A stretch of DNA of 64,000 nucleotides from contig JAQGDQ010000082.1 of the NCBI GenBank assembly GCA_030141605.1, forward strand, positions 1 to 64,000. Reading direction: 5' to 3'. Positions 1-16,437 of this stretch are shown here, piece by piece (position 1 is the stretch's first letter; each line of letters opens with the position of its first letter). The notes under the pieces are model-generated. The model ran no database searches. It was given only the letters and a program-made list of their open reading frames with translations, and was not told the DNA's origin. The DNA is from Tubiluchus corallicola. Taxonomy: Eukaryota > Animalia > Priapulida. The position numbers were made by a program, and so were the translations under genes.

Positions 1-250
1 AGCACAAGGATATTCTCAAGACCCAAAATCACAACAAGATAAGGGAAAATTTCACCTTTATTAACCGTAGGTGTGAGACCAAAATAAACGCAAACGGACA
101 ACGACATCAATAACGATGCAATGACAGTGCACACGGCGCTCACGGCGAGGCCCCATTTTGATTTCACCATCTCTATCTTCTTAACGGAAAAATAAATATA
201 AAGTAATAGTATCACATAGGTAATAAGAAGATTCACATATTCAATAATAC

Positions 251-3056
<2,806 letters not shown>

Positions 3057-4327
3057 AGTTGTCAGAGCTTCTCTGTGGATAAGTACCCCAGTATAAACAT
3101 GTAAAGTCTTACGTAAAAGTGGAGAAATACCTAATCGTTTGCATTCTCATCACTTAGTACAATACAAACGTAACTCAAAAGTAAGACTGGTTACATCAAA
3201 TGTCATCACTGTGCATTAGTTTCCAATTGCATATGCAAATTTTGTAATGTTTTATTGTTTGCAGCAACACAGTTTTAAACTCCATGGTGATAACTTGATG
3301 ACTGCAGTATATACACAATTCATCTGAAAATTACATAAAAGAGGGTCAAATTCAGTATTTCACAAAAAGATATTGAAACATGCAATTCATGTGCTTCTTT
3401 GAAATGCCACGCTTCATTAAGACACCATGTCTTTTTAAAATGATCAATGATAGGATAGCTTTTGACTACTTTTTCATAAGCAGCAACAGTGGACTCATTT
3501 ATAAACAGTATGAAAATCCTTCACAATGCAAACATCTGCTTAAGTAGGCTTTAACATGTTTAAAATTATGAAATGAGTAAAATAAGCCGTAGTAATAAAA
3601 TAGTACAGTTCCGTTAAATAAATAAATTGAACACAATGAATACATATAGGCAGAATACTAAACTTACTGTTTAAAATACCATAGATGGAATGGCCACGCA
3701 TGAGTGAGAGTGACAGGACAAAAATCTTGCAAAAGAACAAAACTACATCATCTTACTAGCATTGTGTTGTTTAATGGCTGCACCCAGTTTACTTACATAA
3801 TATTTGTAAGTAGGGCGATTATGCACAGCACAGGCAAACATAGGATGGGATGAAAATTAACATCTGCAGGTCTAAAGATCTTAAGGTTTATTGACATAAT
3901 GAAAAAACATTTTACACCTAGCAGCAATTCCCTAATACAGAAATAAAAAATACAAACAATTATTAATTCTAAGTCAGTAGGTTCAATTTTGTAGTTGAAA
4001 TTTAAAACCTACACTCTAATATTTCTAAAATAAAAATTCCAAAATCCATTAACTTGAGTAATAACCAATTTTAAGCATTAATACACAGTTGGCACAAGCA
4101 TTAGTTTATTTTGCTTGCAAATATCAAAGGATTCTGCATGCATCTCCATCTACACCCACCCACACACCACTGTCTGGGTTGCCATACATGTCAGATTTTA
4201 TTTTTTTAAAGAAAATCTTTATATACTATTTTATTTTATACAAATTTTTGGAAATTTTGTAAAGTTTATTACAGTATTTGTGGATAATAATCCTTGTGCA
4301 AGTGCCTATTTGTATTTTATAATATAT

Positions 4328-4600
4328 GGCGGTTCTGGCTGAATGGATAGGTGCTCACGCTTTCATGCAAGTGGCACATGGCCGCTTGGGTTTGATATTC
4401 ACTCTCGGGTCATTATTTTTAAATCTTGTCCGCCTCATACAGGAAAGATGCACCACTTATAACGTAAATCCGAAAGCGAGACACATCTATTGTTCAATGG
4501 CTCATCTTAGAGGACTATCCTTTATAATGAGGCAGGTTTTGGTCATGCCACAAACAACTCATTGAGAAGGGTCTTGTAGTGTTACAAAGTATATAAAAAA
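4328..4600 (+). mobile_element. tRNA-derived SINE copy
   Basis: A-box-like TGGCTGAATGG, B-box-like GGTTTGATATTC and an A-rich end. The body GTTCAATGGCTCATCTTAGAGG...GGTCATGCC is homologous to the copy at 21120-21327. Confidence 0.6.
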
Positions 4601-6368
4601 TACTAAACTAAAGATTTGCACTTATTTTAAGTAAGTTTACACTCCAAATCATTGGTAATCGACAAGTAGCCCACAGTAAGTTTACAAGTAGTATTTAAAG
4701 TCACAGCAGACGTAGGGGTCTCAAGCTACATCTTGGTCCTAATACAGGGCCAGAATTTTGTTGCAAATCCCTGAACTCCTTTACCAATGCTGTAAATCTA
4801 GTTAGATTCGTGTATTTGCATAGGTTTTACCTGAATGTTAAAAAAAGAAACACTGACACTAATCTGACTTTTTTGCTCTTTGCCATGTTGCATTTGTGAA
4901 TTTACTTAGTAACTTCCAAGTGTCCTTGGCACACTATGCTTTTCATTCTGAGTTGCACGTAAAAATTGTAGGGATTTACGCTCATTGCCAGCATTTCGAT
5001 TTGCCGATAATTGCATTTTCAGTTCAGTTTCGTTTTTGTCGAAAATTATTAAGTTTTGTAGCGGAAACTTTTGGTAATTTTCATCAGCATTTTCTTGAGG
5101 TTTCAGTAGCATTTATCCAGCTTACCTTGTCTTTCTCTTAGATGTTAAAAATCGCTGAAAATTTTTGGCTAAAATAGTTCAAATAAAGCGTAAATATCAT
5201 TTAGTTAACTGTTTGTACTATTCTAGCATGCTTTTTACAGGTATTTTCAGTGCTGACAACTGTGAAGCTTTAAGGTCTCCAGGCACAGTCAACCAAAATA
5301 TCAAAGCGTAATTTAAATAAAACCAAGTTAAATTTGATAACTTAAGAAATATAGGCAACAAATATTTACAAAATAAATTTGGCAATTTTTTGACACACCA
5401 TACTTCACAAAACTTGTATCGGAGTAAATAAACGCAAACAAACAAAAACAAAGTATTTTGTTTATTTCTGCATTTTTTCAATTTTGAAAGTGGTTAGTTT
5501 TGCAAAAATATTTCTGTTTGGTTTTGTCTCTATATTGGGTCATACTTTTTCATAAATTTTTATTTCAGTTTCGGTTTGTAATTTCAGTTACAATAACATC
5601 CCTGCTCATTGGCCAAGGCAATAAGAATGCAAACTCGAGCCAGATGGTATAAAGTTTGGAAATGGCTGATTTGTCAAGTTATCGGTAAAATTTTTCATGT
5701 TTTGAATAAAGAAGTTATCTCAAATGTGGCATTACAAAGAGGATAACTAAAATTCTAAATTTACAGTCTAAATCACGATATATTAGGTCTCATCTTTAAA
5801 ACATGTTAGTACCGACAGTGATTAATTCTTATAATAAATCACTTTCATTGAAATTCAATCTTCCCTGTTTCAGTAATTATAATTCATCGTACTTGAGCTA
5901 CGTAATTTACATCTCAATTCTCTGGATTCTAGTGAAATGCCACAGTGAGAATCTGCTTAGAATCTGGCAAAATATAATGAAATTCTGGCCCTGTACTACA
6001 TTGTGCATTTTCTAGTAGGCCCATTGATCTTTTGTTCAATGCAAACCTTTATTACTAGCGCAAATATTCGTGTTCCTCAACAATGTTTTGAAAATGGTTG
6101 CACTCTCTGCATGGCAGATGAATATTATTATTTGAAGGAAAGAGAAAAAGAGTTCGCAACACTTTGGTGATTTATCCGAATTCACAGCTTAGAATCAAGA
6201 CGATGGGAAAAATGTAACCAAAAAAGAAAATGATTTACAGCTAGGTATAATTGCACTAATTTCAATTCACTGACATATCATATATATATATATATGAGTA
6301 ACGAACTCTTTGAGTAAAGTAAAGTACTTTACTTTGTGAAATGGAATATTTGTGACGTCATTATCTTA

Positions 6369-8962
6369 ACATAGACATAGACATAGAACATTTATTTTCT
6401 CCATTTGTTTGACATGACAAGTTTTTTTAGTTATTACTTAATTATAGTAGTGGAGCAGGGCAGGGAAGGACCATAGGGTCATCTAGTCTCCTGCCCTGTC
6501 TAATAATTAAATTAGTATATTAAAAGTAAATGGTGAGACTGCGGATAACAAAATCAAATAGGAAAAGAAATAATAATAATAAACAGTATAAATGAAAACA
6601 AAGTATAAATGAAAACAGTATAAGTGAAAACAAAAAATAATAAAGTTAGATGACACCAAAATCTAAACAAAACAATACAAGTAATTATGATTATTATATA
6701 TATTTTCATATAGGGGCCTTATTGACAGGGGATTTTGACTGTATGGAGAGATAAAATAAGTATCAAAAAAAAGTGTAATATAGAAAATTTAAGAGAAAAA
6801 GTAAGTATAAGAAAGAGCAACAATTACTTAGGAGATGAGAAGAAAAAACACACTTGATAGCTTGCTTATTAGTCTTACAAGTTATGTATTACAGGTATAT
6901 TCATTTAGTAAGAATTTTGTGTATTTTTTGGAAGCAGAAAATAAGCTACCGCCAAAGGCATCTTTTGGCAACGAGTTCCATAATTTAACTCCTCGTGATT
7001 TTAAGCTATTGAAACCATGTCGGGTAAAAAATCTCTCCACAAAATACTGTTCATTAGAAGCAGCTCTTGTGGAGTAGGAATGTATATCAGAAACATTAGT
7101 GAAATATTCTCTAAAAAGTTCGGGTAATAAACCAGCATTGAATTTATACATAAATTTGAACAACTCAAGATTGTAAATATCTCTTACTTTTAAAATTTTT
7201 AATTTTACGAACGATGGTGTAGCATGATCATATTTGCGAGCAAAAGTTATTAATTTTACTATTTTGTTTTGTTGTGTCTGTATTAATTTTTGAGTTGATG
7301 CAAAAGCTGTACCCCATGTTAAGATGGAATATTGTAAATAAGGGAAAACTAACGAATTATATAGAAGTTTCAGAATATATTGGTCAACGTAGTGCCTTAC
7401 TTTTAAAATTATTCCAGTAATTCGACTTAATTTGTATGTTATGTGTTTTATATGTGGTTCCCATGTTCATTTATTATCAATGAGTAGGCCCAAGTATTTG
7501 ATGTTGTCTGTTTCTTCAATTTTGTGTTTGTTTATTATAATATGAAATTTTGGATTATTAGCATTGTTAATTTGCTTATTGTTGATTATCATAAATTTGG
7601 TTTTTTTGTAGTTAATTGATAGCTGGTTTGCCCTCATCCACAGGTCTATTTTTTTCATTTCGTCATTAACAGATTTTTGCAGATTATTTATATTAGAGTC
7701 AGACATGAACAAATTAGTGTCATCGGCAAATATTCGGGTTCGAAAGTTGCTGCATGTGGGAAGATCGTTAATATAAATTAAGAATAGAAGAGGTCCTAAA
7801 TTAGAGCCTTGTGGCACTCCACACGATATGTGTTTATAGTCTGATGATACATTGTTAATAGATATGAATTGTTTTCTGTTAGTTAGATATGACTGAATTA
7901 GTTGCAAAGGTAGACCTCTGATGCCATAATGGTTTAATTTGGCTATTAGTATACTATGCTGTACGGTATCAAAAGCTTTTGATAAGTCTAAAAATATTCC
8001 GCAATTCAGTAATTTTTTGTCAGTGTCTAGAGAGATCGTGTCTATTAATTCGGATACAGCAAGGGCAGTTGAATAATTTTTTCTGAAACCAAACTGGTAT
8101 TTACTTAGGATATTACTTTTCACAACAAACTGGTATAATCTCTGGTAAATTAGCCTCTCAAAAACTTTTGATACTGGTGATAAGAGAGATATTGGTCTGT
8201 AATTGCCAGGTTCATGTGGAGAGCCAGTTTTATATAAAGGAATAACTTTTGCTATTTTTAATATATTTGGAAAAGTTCCAGCATTAACCGATTTATTAAA
8301 CAGTAATGTGAGTATTGGTGAAATAATTTGACTTGCAGATTTAAAAAAAGATATTGGTATATTTTGTGGTCCTGGTGATTTGTTTGAATTAAGTGTGTTT
8401 AAAAGTGTGCATGTTTCATTTTCAGTAATAGGATTAATGAAAAAAGAATTTGGGTTAGGGTTTTTTAAAAAGTCAGTAAAATTAACGTTAGGTTTAGGTA
8501 TTTTGGCAGCCATGTCAGGTCCTATATTTACAAAAAACTCATTTAGTTTACTGGCAATATCATATGTATCTGTATAGTCCACATTATTTATTGTTAACTT
8601 ACTTGGTGTTTGACGTGTTTTTGGATCAGTTTTTGTAATACTGTTTATTGTTTCCCAAGTTTTTTTCATGTTATTCTTGTGTTTTTGCAATGTTTCAGTG
8701 TAATATTGTTTTTTTGATGATTCCTTGACATGATTTAATTTATTTGAGTAGGATTTGTAGTAGATTTGTTTGTATAAATTATTTGAGAGTTTGTGTGATT
8801 TGTAAAGGCGTGATCTGGTTTTAATACTATTTAAAATTCCTTTAGTGATCCATGGTTTTTGAAATTTAATAGTGTCTTTCCTAGACAGGGTTTGCAAAGG
8901 AAAATGATTATTAAACACATTGAAGAGTATTTCATTAAATTTGCTAAATCCCTCATTAGTTG
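6369..8962 (-). mobile_element. 5'-truncated L2/CR1-group (Crack/Daphne-like) LINE; RT ORF with one premature stop, upstream of the SCAP coding region (possibly in a 5' intron)
   Basis: ORF 8918-7467 has KPWITKGI, NYRPISLL, QFGFR, FLDLSKAFDTV, GVPQGSNLGPLLFLIYINDL, FADDT and YLGL. The same frame resumes after TGA 7467-7469 and runs to 6882 (GVKLWNSLP). The 3' UTR has a stem-loop (6456-6498), AATAAA and a (CTATGT)n tail. Confidence 0.93.
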
Positions 8963-10699
8963 ACTAATTAAATGACTAAAGTAATAAGAAATTGATCATT
9001 TGCAACACTTCCGTGTTATGTAAGCTTAAGTACTTCAGCAATTTCTTTCATGAATTTGTACCAGTTAGACTACATGAACTGTGATGAGTTTATTTAACTG
9101 AAATTGTTACTTTAGAATTTCTAAAATTTTCATATTATTTAATAAAATAACTAAGGTGCTTGATGGGGAGCTTGAACAGTAATTTGTAGTTCATTTGGAA
9201 AGAGGAGAAAACGGGCTAGACAGTGGCATAGGCTCTGTTACAAATGATTCTATCAGGATATTATTACTATTAATAAGGAACGAACCATCTATGGCATGCG
9301 TACTACTCCTGTTGCAAACTCACAGTAGGAGTGGCATCTTCCTAACCTACACAACACTTCAGTGATTTATTCGAATTCACAGCTTAGAATCAAGACGATG
9401 GGAAGTCTTAACAATCACAACTGGACAAAAGTAACGAAATTAATTGAAAATTTAATAGTATTGGCAATTACTAGTACAATCTTGATTAGTAGCGCAAAAA
9501 ATTTCTGCGAAATAACGCAAGAGAAAATAAGCACCAACGCTCCATTAACTGCTTGCTAGCACCACCTCTGTTAGTGCAACAAGATTTAATACATCGCTTA
9601 AATGAAATTAACTTTTGTTGACTTAAACGACTTTATTCTCACTTTTGTCGTCTAACATAGAATAATGCTTCCAGTGACATGATTTTGTTCACTTCTTTAT
9701 GACGGGACTCAATACTTTCTGCAATGGACCAAATGCTGCTATCTCTAAGGATTCGTAGTGAAGTGCAAAATCTAATATTCTCACTTTCGCCATTTTTAGC
9801 ACGTCTTAGCAATATGCAAAACTTTGGTTCAAAACCCAAATTCTAACGGGCCCTTCCACCAAAGTCAATAATAGCCGAATATAATTACTACATAACATTA
9901 CTCAGGCCAACTTAAACTTTGCTGCAATAGCCTGTAGGTCGTATAAACTTTATCTGAGGCCAAATATAATCAATGGACTGAGAAAAGTTGCATCATATAA
10001 TTAATTTCGGTGGGTTCTGGATTTTTATGTACATATTTCAAATTTCAAAATAATTTATTGGTTTAACACATCACAATCACATTAGTTTTGATTATGAATT
10101 TCGTCAGGATTAAGTATTTCTTGCAAGCAGTGTAGCAGTGTCTTTCTTCGAACTGAATCAGATGCTTTGGACATGTCCACGAATACTTGCAAGACTGAAC
10201 AACAGTGGTTGGATGAAAATGATAAAAGCTGAATTACTTCGTTAAGAGTTTCTTTAGATTATGTTTGAGCACCATCCAAAGCAAGTCAAGAAAACATTTT
10301 GTGAGCTTGTTTACTAGAAAATAGTTGGCAATTTTCAATTTTAGCTGCAGAAATTTATCAGAAATGACAAGCGAGAGTTACTTTGCATTGTTACAGTTAT
10401 TCTAGCAATTTTTATGCTGAGTTAGCTTCATAACGATATATGTCCATCTATTCTACATTACCTACTTATTAGCTACTGCAAATGTGTAAGAACATCTAAA
10501 ATACTTCCAGTTATTAACTACATCACGTTTACAGTCCATAGGTCCATGCGGTGGAAGTGTTGGTGCCATGAAGATTTACTGCTGCAGGCTGCTTGGTCTC
10601 CATGGTTCTGTGCGTCACTGTCCATAAAAGTATACAGAACAGAAGACGTTTACAGAACTTGCATAACGAAATCTATTCCTGGGACAAAGGATAGGGAAA

Positions 10700-11070
10700 A
10701 CGGCTTTTGGGGAAAAAAAACAAAGTGTCCAGTTATACATTGCAAGAGAATGCTCCTCCATATCGCCTAGATATAACAAAAACTGGAATGCTACTTACAA
10801 AAGACTTTTTAAAAGAGTTACAACAACGGCAATGGAAAATTCGAAAACAGATTTCGATATTAATTTTTGGACCAATACATAACTAGATTAAGGCATTTAG
10901 CATCTATTTACAATTACGGCAGTTTAGAAGATAATTTAATACGTGATCATTTAGTCTTGGGGATTAAAAATTCGAAAGCCAGAGCAAGAATGCTACGAAA
11001 TAACAACTTGACCTTGCAAAGTGCCATTGACGCGTGCCTCAGTAGGAACAAGTGCAAAAGCAATTGAGTC
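10700..11070 (+). pseudogene. Decayed Gypsy/Ty3 LTR-retrotransposon gag fragment
   Basis: DQYITRLRHLASIYNYGSLEDNLIRDHLVLGIKNSKARARMLRNNNLTLQSAIDAC resembles the typical Gypsy gag signature. It is fragmentary and no LTRs were seen. Confidence 0.7.
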
Positions 11071-11193
11071 TGAAGATGGCAACGCTGGAAGTTGTGGAGT
11101 GTGCACACAATGCAGAAAAGCAGTAGCCACGTAGTTTATTTCATATGCCACAAACAAAATTTTCTGTCTCATTTCTCAATGAGAATTATTTAA

Positions 11194-11345
<152 letters not shown>

Positions 11346-13635
11346 AACAATAAATTTTATTAGTTATTTTTTGAATATTGCATGATTAAAAAACAAGAAA
11401 ACTAGCTGTTGGTCGTCTTTTGAACCTTTAATCAGGAGCAATAATAAAAAGTTGACTTCACTCTCTCGTTGAACTATTAGAATGTATTCTATTAGAATTT
11501 AGAATATATATGTGAATGTGGTTGGTCATAAATTTTAGTTTTATGTATGTGTGTGCCAAACAAGCAATAAATAATCTAATGTAATATGAAATTACTTGTT
11601 AGTTAATGTTACCGTTACTAATACATAACTCAATAATTCATAACTATCTGTGCGTCCGTGCTGTAAATGCATGCGGACCAAATTGGCACGAGTGAACGCG
11701 GCTTTAGCCCACTGTTATTCACCGTGTATAACCTGCATCGCCGTATCCACATAATAATGTGAAAGTATGGTTGTCAAGGCCAATATGAATCATACTTCCG
11801 CCTCCCCCCTTGCTAGTTGTTCTTTCTCCGCGAGTATTTCCGTAACTTCAACCCTCGGATCTGTTCTCAAAACTCGCGTTTATTTTCACATAATATTATT
11901 GATATAATGTTAGTGTATCCTGGCTCTGTAGGAGCTAGTGTAATTATTCTGGAAGTTTCCCAGTGTTTGCTTGTTCAAGCAAAGTACACAGAGATCACAT
12001 ATCACTAAACTTGGGAACCCCATGCTGCTTCGTAAAATCGCACGTAACCAATAAAATTTTGTCGTCACCGTTTGTTATAATCCTTTCATTTCATATTCCT
12101 TTGGTCAACTGATCAAAATTTTATAAGAAGCATTAAATTTTGCAAAGTTTGTTAATTACGCGTATAAGTTGGAACAGTTTTTAATAGTTAATATATTCGC
12201 ATCGCATAAGTTGCCTGCACCGTTGACGTAGGTTATATAGGTCATAGGGTGTTCGAACTTTTTGCGCATCGACAACTATAGGACTAATATAATTAGACTG
12301 AAATTTTGCTGACCATAACTAAATTTGCCGAAGACATTTGCATGCCCTGGCTATAACAAAGTATAATCCATTTACACTAAGACAGAATAGATCGTCTCAA
12401 AAAAAAACCGGACCGATTCCTAACTACTTCGGAGATCTACAGGTTTAATTTACAAAATCAGCAACTTTTTTAAACTTGTTGCTGATTTTACAATACGACC
12501 AGTCTTGCTGTTAACCGAATGCAGTAGGCCTATGTTGCTTAGTTTTACTTGGATTTTTTATTACTCTTAATGTTCTAATACCTTAATTACCTAGGTGGCC
12601 TATGCGTTTGTTTCACTAAATTAAATCTATTCCAGTCAAAATTAATTGCATGTTAGAATTAATGTTTACACAAAATTAATAAAAGTCAAAGAACTTTTTT
12701 ATCTTTTACCTAACGAAACATGAGTTATGTCTAAATTATGGCTTCTTTTAGATGTGTTTTTCTGAGGACACTCACACAATTGCTGGTACATCAATACCTG
12801 GTCATGATAATGAAACACATATATGCGGTTGAATAATAACAAATTGTAATTATTATTAATAATGACAAAACAAATTTGTATTTTTAACTAAATTATTTGC
12901 TTTTAACTGCTAAGTTTAACTTAATATTTAGGCTGCAGCAAATGTAGCTTAAGAAGTTAAATATATATTTAGCACAATTATATTTTACAACTCCAAGAAA
13001 AAAATCCACTTACTGTACAACAATAATGCATTCACACTTGCATATAAAACATGACAATTTAATCGACAAATAAATTAATTACCTGATGTAAACAGATAAA
13101 TAAATAAATAAGCATAATCGATATTTACATAGCATATTTTATTAAAGCCTTTCTTGGGCTTAACGTTCATTAATGACTGCACTATTCATTAATAAATAAA
13201 TAATCTGAATCGATATTAAATTATTTTGTCATGTTAAAGATTTTTTTGTTAAAGATGCTACAGAATTATTATAGATTTAAAACCTAAAATTAAACGATCT
13301 TGCTGTACGCTTTTATAGACCTGTACTCGATAGTGTTTACCAACTCTGCAGTTTTATCCCAAAATTTCATTGTCATTTATTATCACAAATTATATTGTCA
13401 TTTTAATTTACACTTGAGGCATTTTTACAAAATTTCGAAAAAACTATTGTGAAAATAAATATTAAAATAATGCTTTTACCGTAACAAAATAATGACTTCT
13501 TATTGTTCTACTAAAAATTATGTAAAAAAGTTGTAAATGCAGATTATGCAATTAACTTTTTGCCTCTTGGGTTTTTTGTAATGTTTATGTCAGGTTATTT
13601 TATACAAGAAAAACGTGTTTCCTTCTTAAAATTCG

Positions 13636-14235
13636 TTAGTGGTCGGGCTTTTTGCGCTTTTTTCTCCTTTCGCTGTCAGTACCACATCTCCTCTTTCTTT
13701 TAATAGCGCTTTGTATGTTATTCTCACAAAACACCTCTATCCCGACGCCGGAGTTACAAAGAATTCGATCAAGTTCCGCGATGTAGTGCATGGCCAACTT
13801 TAGCGTTGCGATTTTGGACAATTTTTTTGCCTTGCCATCCACATTTGGGCGTGGAATCACTTTTCTCAAAGCGTCAAACGCATGGTTTAGTATGTGCATT
13901 CTGTTGCGTTCTCTCAACGTAGCGCCCTGGCGACTGGAAGCCAGAATTTTGTTCTTTCCTGTCACATTACGACTCTTATTCTCATCAGACACAATAGAAC
14001 TCGCGGCTTCTTCACTAGCGTAATCGCCTGCAGCCAGTTCTGGGTCTGGCGCGAGTTGTTCAGCTTGACTACTGTCCGGTTGTGAGGTAGTGATCTGATG
14101 TAGTTGATGAATAGTGTTGCTGTCTTCTGCCTTAACAATGTTGGCGCCAATGAAGGGTCTTTCGCTGGTGATTCCCATACCAGTAAATATTTCCATGTAA
14201 GAATCTAGTGAGCTCTCACTTACGTCAACTGGCAT
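13636..14235 (-). CDS. Intronless group-A bHLH transcription factor (199 aa), family unassigned
   Basis: [58 protein letters not shown] is a complete bHLH. It has an acidic/Ser-rich N-terminus and a basic C-terminal NLS-like tail. Confidence 0.88.
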   Translation of the reverse strand: MPVDVSESSLDSYMEIFTGMGITSERPFIGANIVKAEDSNTIHQLHQITTSQPDSSQAEQLAPDPELAAGDYASEEAASSIVSDENKSRNVTGKNKILASSRQGATLRERNRMHILNHAFDALRKVIPRPNVDGKAKKLSKIATLKLAMHYIAELDRILCNSGVGIEVFCENNIQSAIKRKRRCGTDSERRKKRKKPDH

Positions 14236-14553
14236 TATTAAATCAGAGCCTTAAAGTGAAATTTTCAACAAAAATGGCAGCCTGTGAAATATTTTCTTTT
14301 TAGAAACGACGAATCAGCGTTAATACAGAATTCCTTTATTCTGCTGCCGCTAGTGTAATTTGAGAAACGTTTCAGTTAATACAACAAAAGTGTAAAGTAC
14401 CTTGAAATATAACTAAGATTCACTTTATTAGCTCTTAAATGGATTTTGTTCCATACGTCACGTTTGCTTCTATCTAGCATCTTGTGCGTACTTTTCACAC
14501 AGGAAAACAATATTTTACACAAATTGGATCACTGATTTTAGTTAGGTTCTTCC

Positions 14554-14850
14554 TTCAAGAAATTACAATAGCTATGGTCCACTCGATGCCTTGGCACGTG
14601 GCAAAGACATTAAGGAAAATGTTGCCCCATAAGTTACTTGAAAGAGGAGTTTCCATAGATGGTTTTCAAGGGTTTCACCAATCAGTGGCGGCCCCGGGTC
14701 TTGGAGGTGGAGCTACACAAGCATATTCTAGCCCTAAGAGAGGGATTCGCAACTCGCTTCCTATAACAAATACGCCTCCCGCTGATGAAACCCAAATAAT
14801 TTAAGATGAACCGTCTCAGTTTGCACCAAACGAGCTTTGAGAGTTCTGGG
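14554..14850 (+). mobile_element. GC-richer interspersed repeat ending in a decayed type I hammerhead-like motif
   Basis: CTCCCG-CTGATGA-AACCC...GATGAAC-stem(CTCAGTTTG/CAAACGAG)-TGAGAG at 14776-14843. Confidence 0.4.
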
Positions 14851-16391
14851 ATAATTAATAGCTAAATAATAACTAGTTTAAACGTGGTAAATAAACATTA
14901 ACGTATTATAGTAATAGATTAATGGATTATGATAAACCATGTTAAAATTATTAATAAAAACAAATGAATTCTTAACGGCAAGAATAGTAACAATGAAATG
15001 AAACGCAACAATTATACTGGGCAATTTTCTAGAAATTTTACTTTTTCTCTAAAAATGCAGACTTGGATGATTGCAGTTCATACTTCCGCTAAGTGGATTT
15101 CAAATGGGAAAACGAAACGAAAAAGAAATTGAGGAAGTAGACTCGAACATGCGAGCCATGATAACACAAATTAATTCTTGATTAAAAATTCAAGAGTCAT
15201 TGGTATCGCCATGCCAAGATTTCCTCAGGTTTAATTTGTTTTTACTAATACTGTGTTTTGATGATTTACTAGGTTAAAGTGTGTAATGATAAAAATACTG
15301 AAACAAATCAACTTCGCTTTCTTGCTCATGAAAATAGTGAAAATAAATGAAAAAAATTAGGATTTTTAAATTCTTTATTGAAAAAGCTGTAGTATAAAGA
15401 ATTCAAGTTATTTAACTTGATAATAGATTTGCATAGAACCTTAGTACACATGCGTGCATGCTTGTAGACGTAATACTCAGTAATCTAAAAAAGGCTGAAT
15501 TCAGTCCTGTCTCCTATCTGCTCAAAGTGGGTTTGCAGCAAGTGTGTACGTGGTCATGATATTGAAAGCATGGATATTGTAAGTCATACTCTAAAGAAAA
15601 ATGTGTTCCTTGCTTTTTTTATCATTTCAGGAGGAAGATGGATTACCCACATTGACAGGGACTTTGAATTTCCTGATTTTGATGTCTGGAGACTGAATCT
15701 GTCTGATTGCGAAGCAAATACAAAGAAGTGAGCATAAAAAGACAATTTACTGTGTAAATTTCCTTGCGTCCACCAAGGCATATAAATATGGAACTGCAGT
15801 GAATGCAACTAGAATTTAATTAACTGTCACTGCATTTAATTAAATTCTAAAAAAATTATTCACTGTAGTTGCACAAATATATAATGAGCATTTAATGCCC
15901 ATTTTTCAGTCATGGAATTACAGTACTGAAAACAAAGCCTGAACTGAAAACAATTACTAAAATGACTCAAGAAGGGTTTAATGCTAGGTTAATTAGGTAG
16001 CATGAATCGGGCTTTATGAAACCTTAACACAACCAATTCTGGTACAGTAACCGATTCCATGCTGGGCCAGCAACTTATCAGCATGCAAACGGTTCAGGCG
16101 CAGTGCAGGCAAGTTACTGGCCCAACTACCAGTTTGTGTGTACTGGGCCAATACCGTACGTGCCGTAATGCTAGTAATGGTCCAGAATTGGCCCATACAT
16201 AATGGCAATGTTTCATGTGTATAGATTTCACACATCTTCTGTAAGGTGCTGTACTGGCACTGCATAGTCCAGTTTAAAATTAAGGCTTAGTAAGTCCAGG
16301 TTACTTAGCATTTAACTTTAATATTTACTTCACATAAACATGATAATAAATCAAGCATCTGAATGCACGAAAGCAATACTAAATTAGAAAG

Positions 16392-16437
16392 CCTGAAAAA
16401 CTTTTTCACTCCACTGGGACTCGAACCCAAGACCTTT
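16392..16437 (-). mobile_element. tRNA-like SINE head fragment (B box)
   Basis: The minus strand reads GGGTTCGAGTCCCAGTGGAG; there is no complete cloverleaf. Confidence 0.4.

Noticed and set aside
3057-3323. Upstream ORFs in the SCAP 5' UTR
   Set aside because: The acceptor could be at ~3324 or ~3074, so the region may be intronic.
7467-7469. In-frame TGA in the LINE ORF as selenocysteine or programmed readthrough
   Set aside because: It is one base from a Leu codon in a truncated retroelement, and no SECIS was recognised; a nonsense mutation is simpler.
16392-16437. Possible tRNA gene
   Set aside because: Only a B-box/T-arm-like piece; no acceptor stem or A box.
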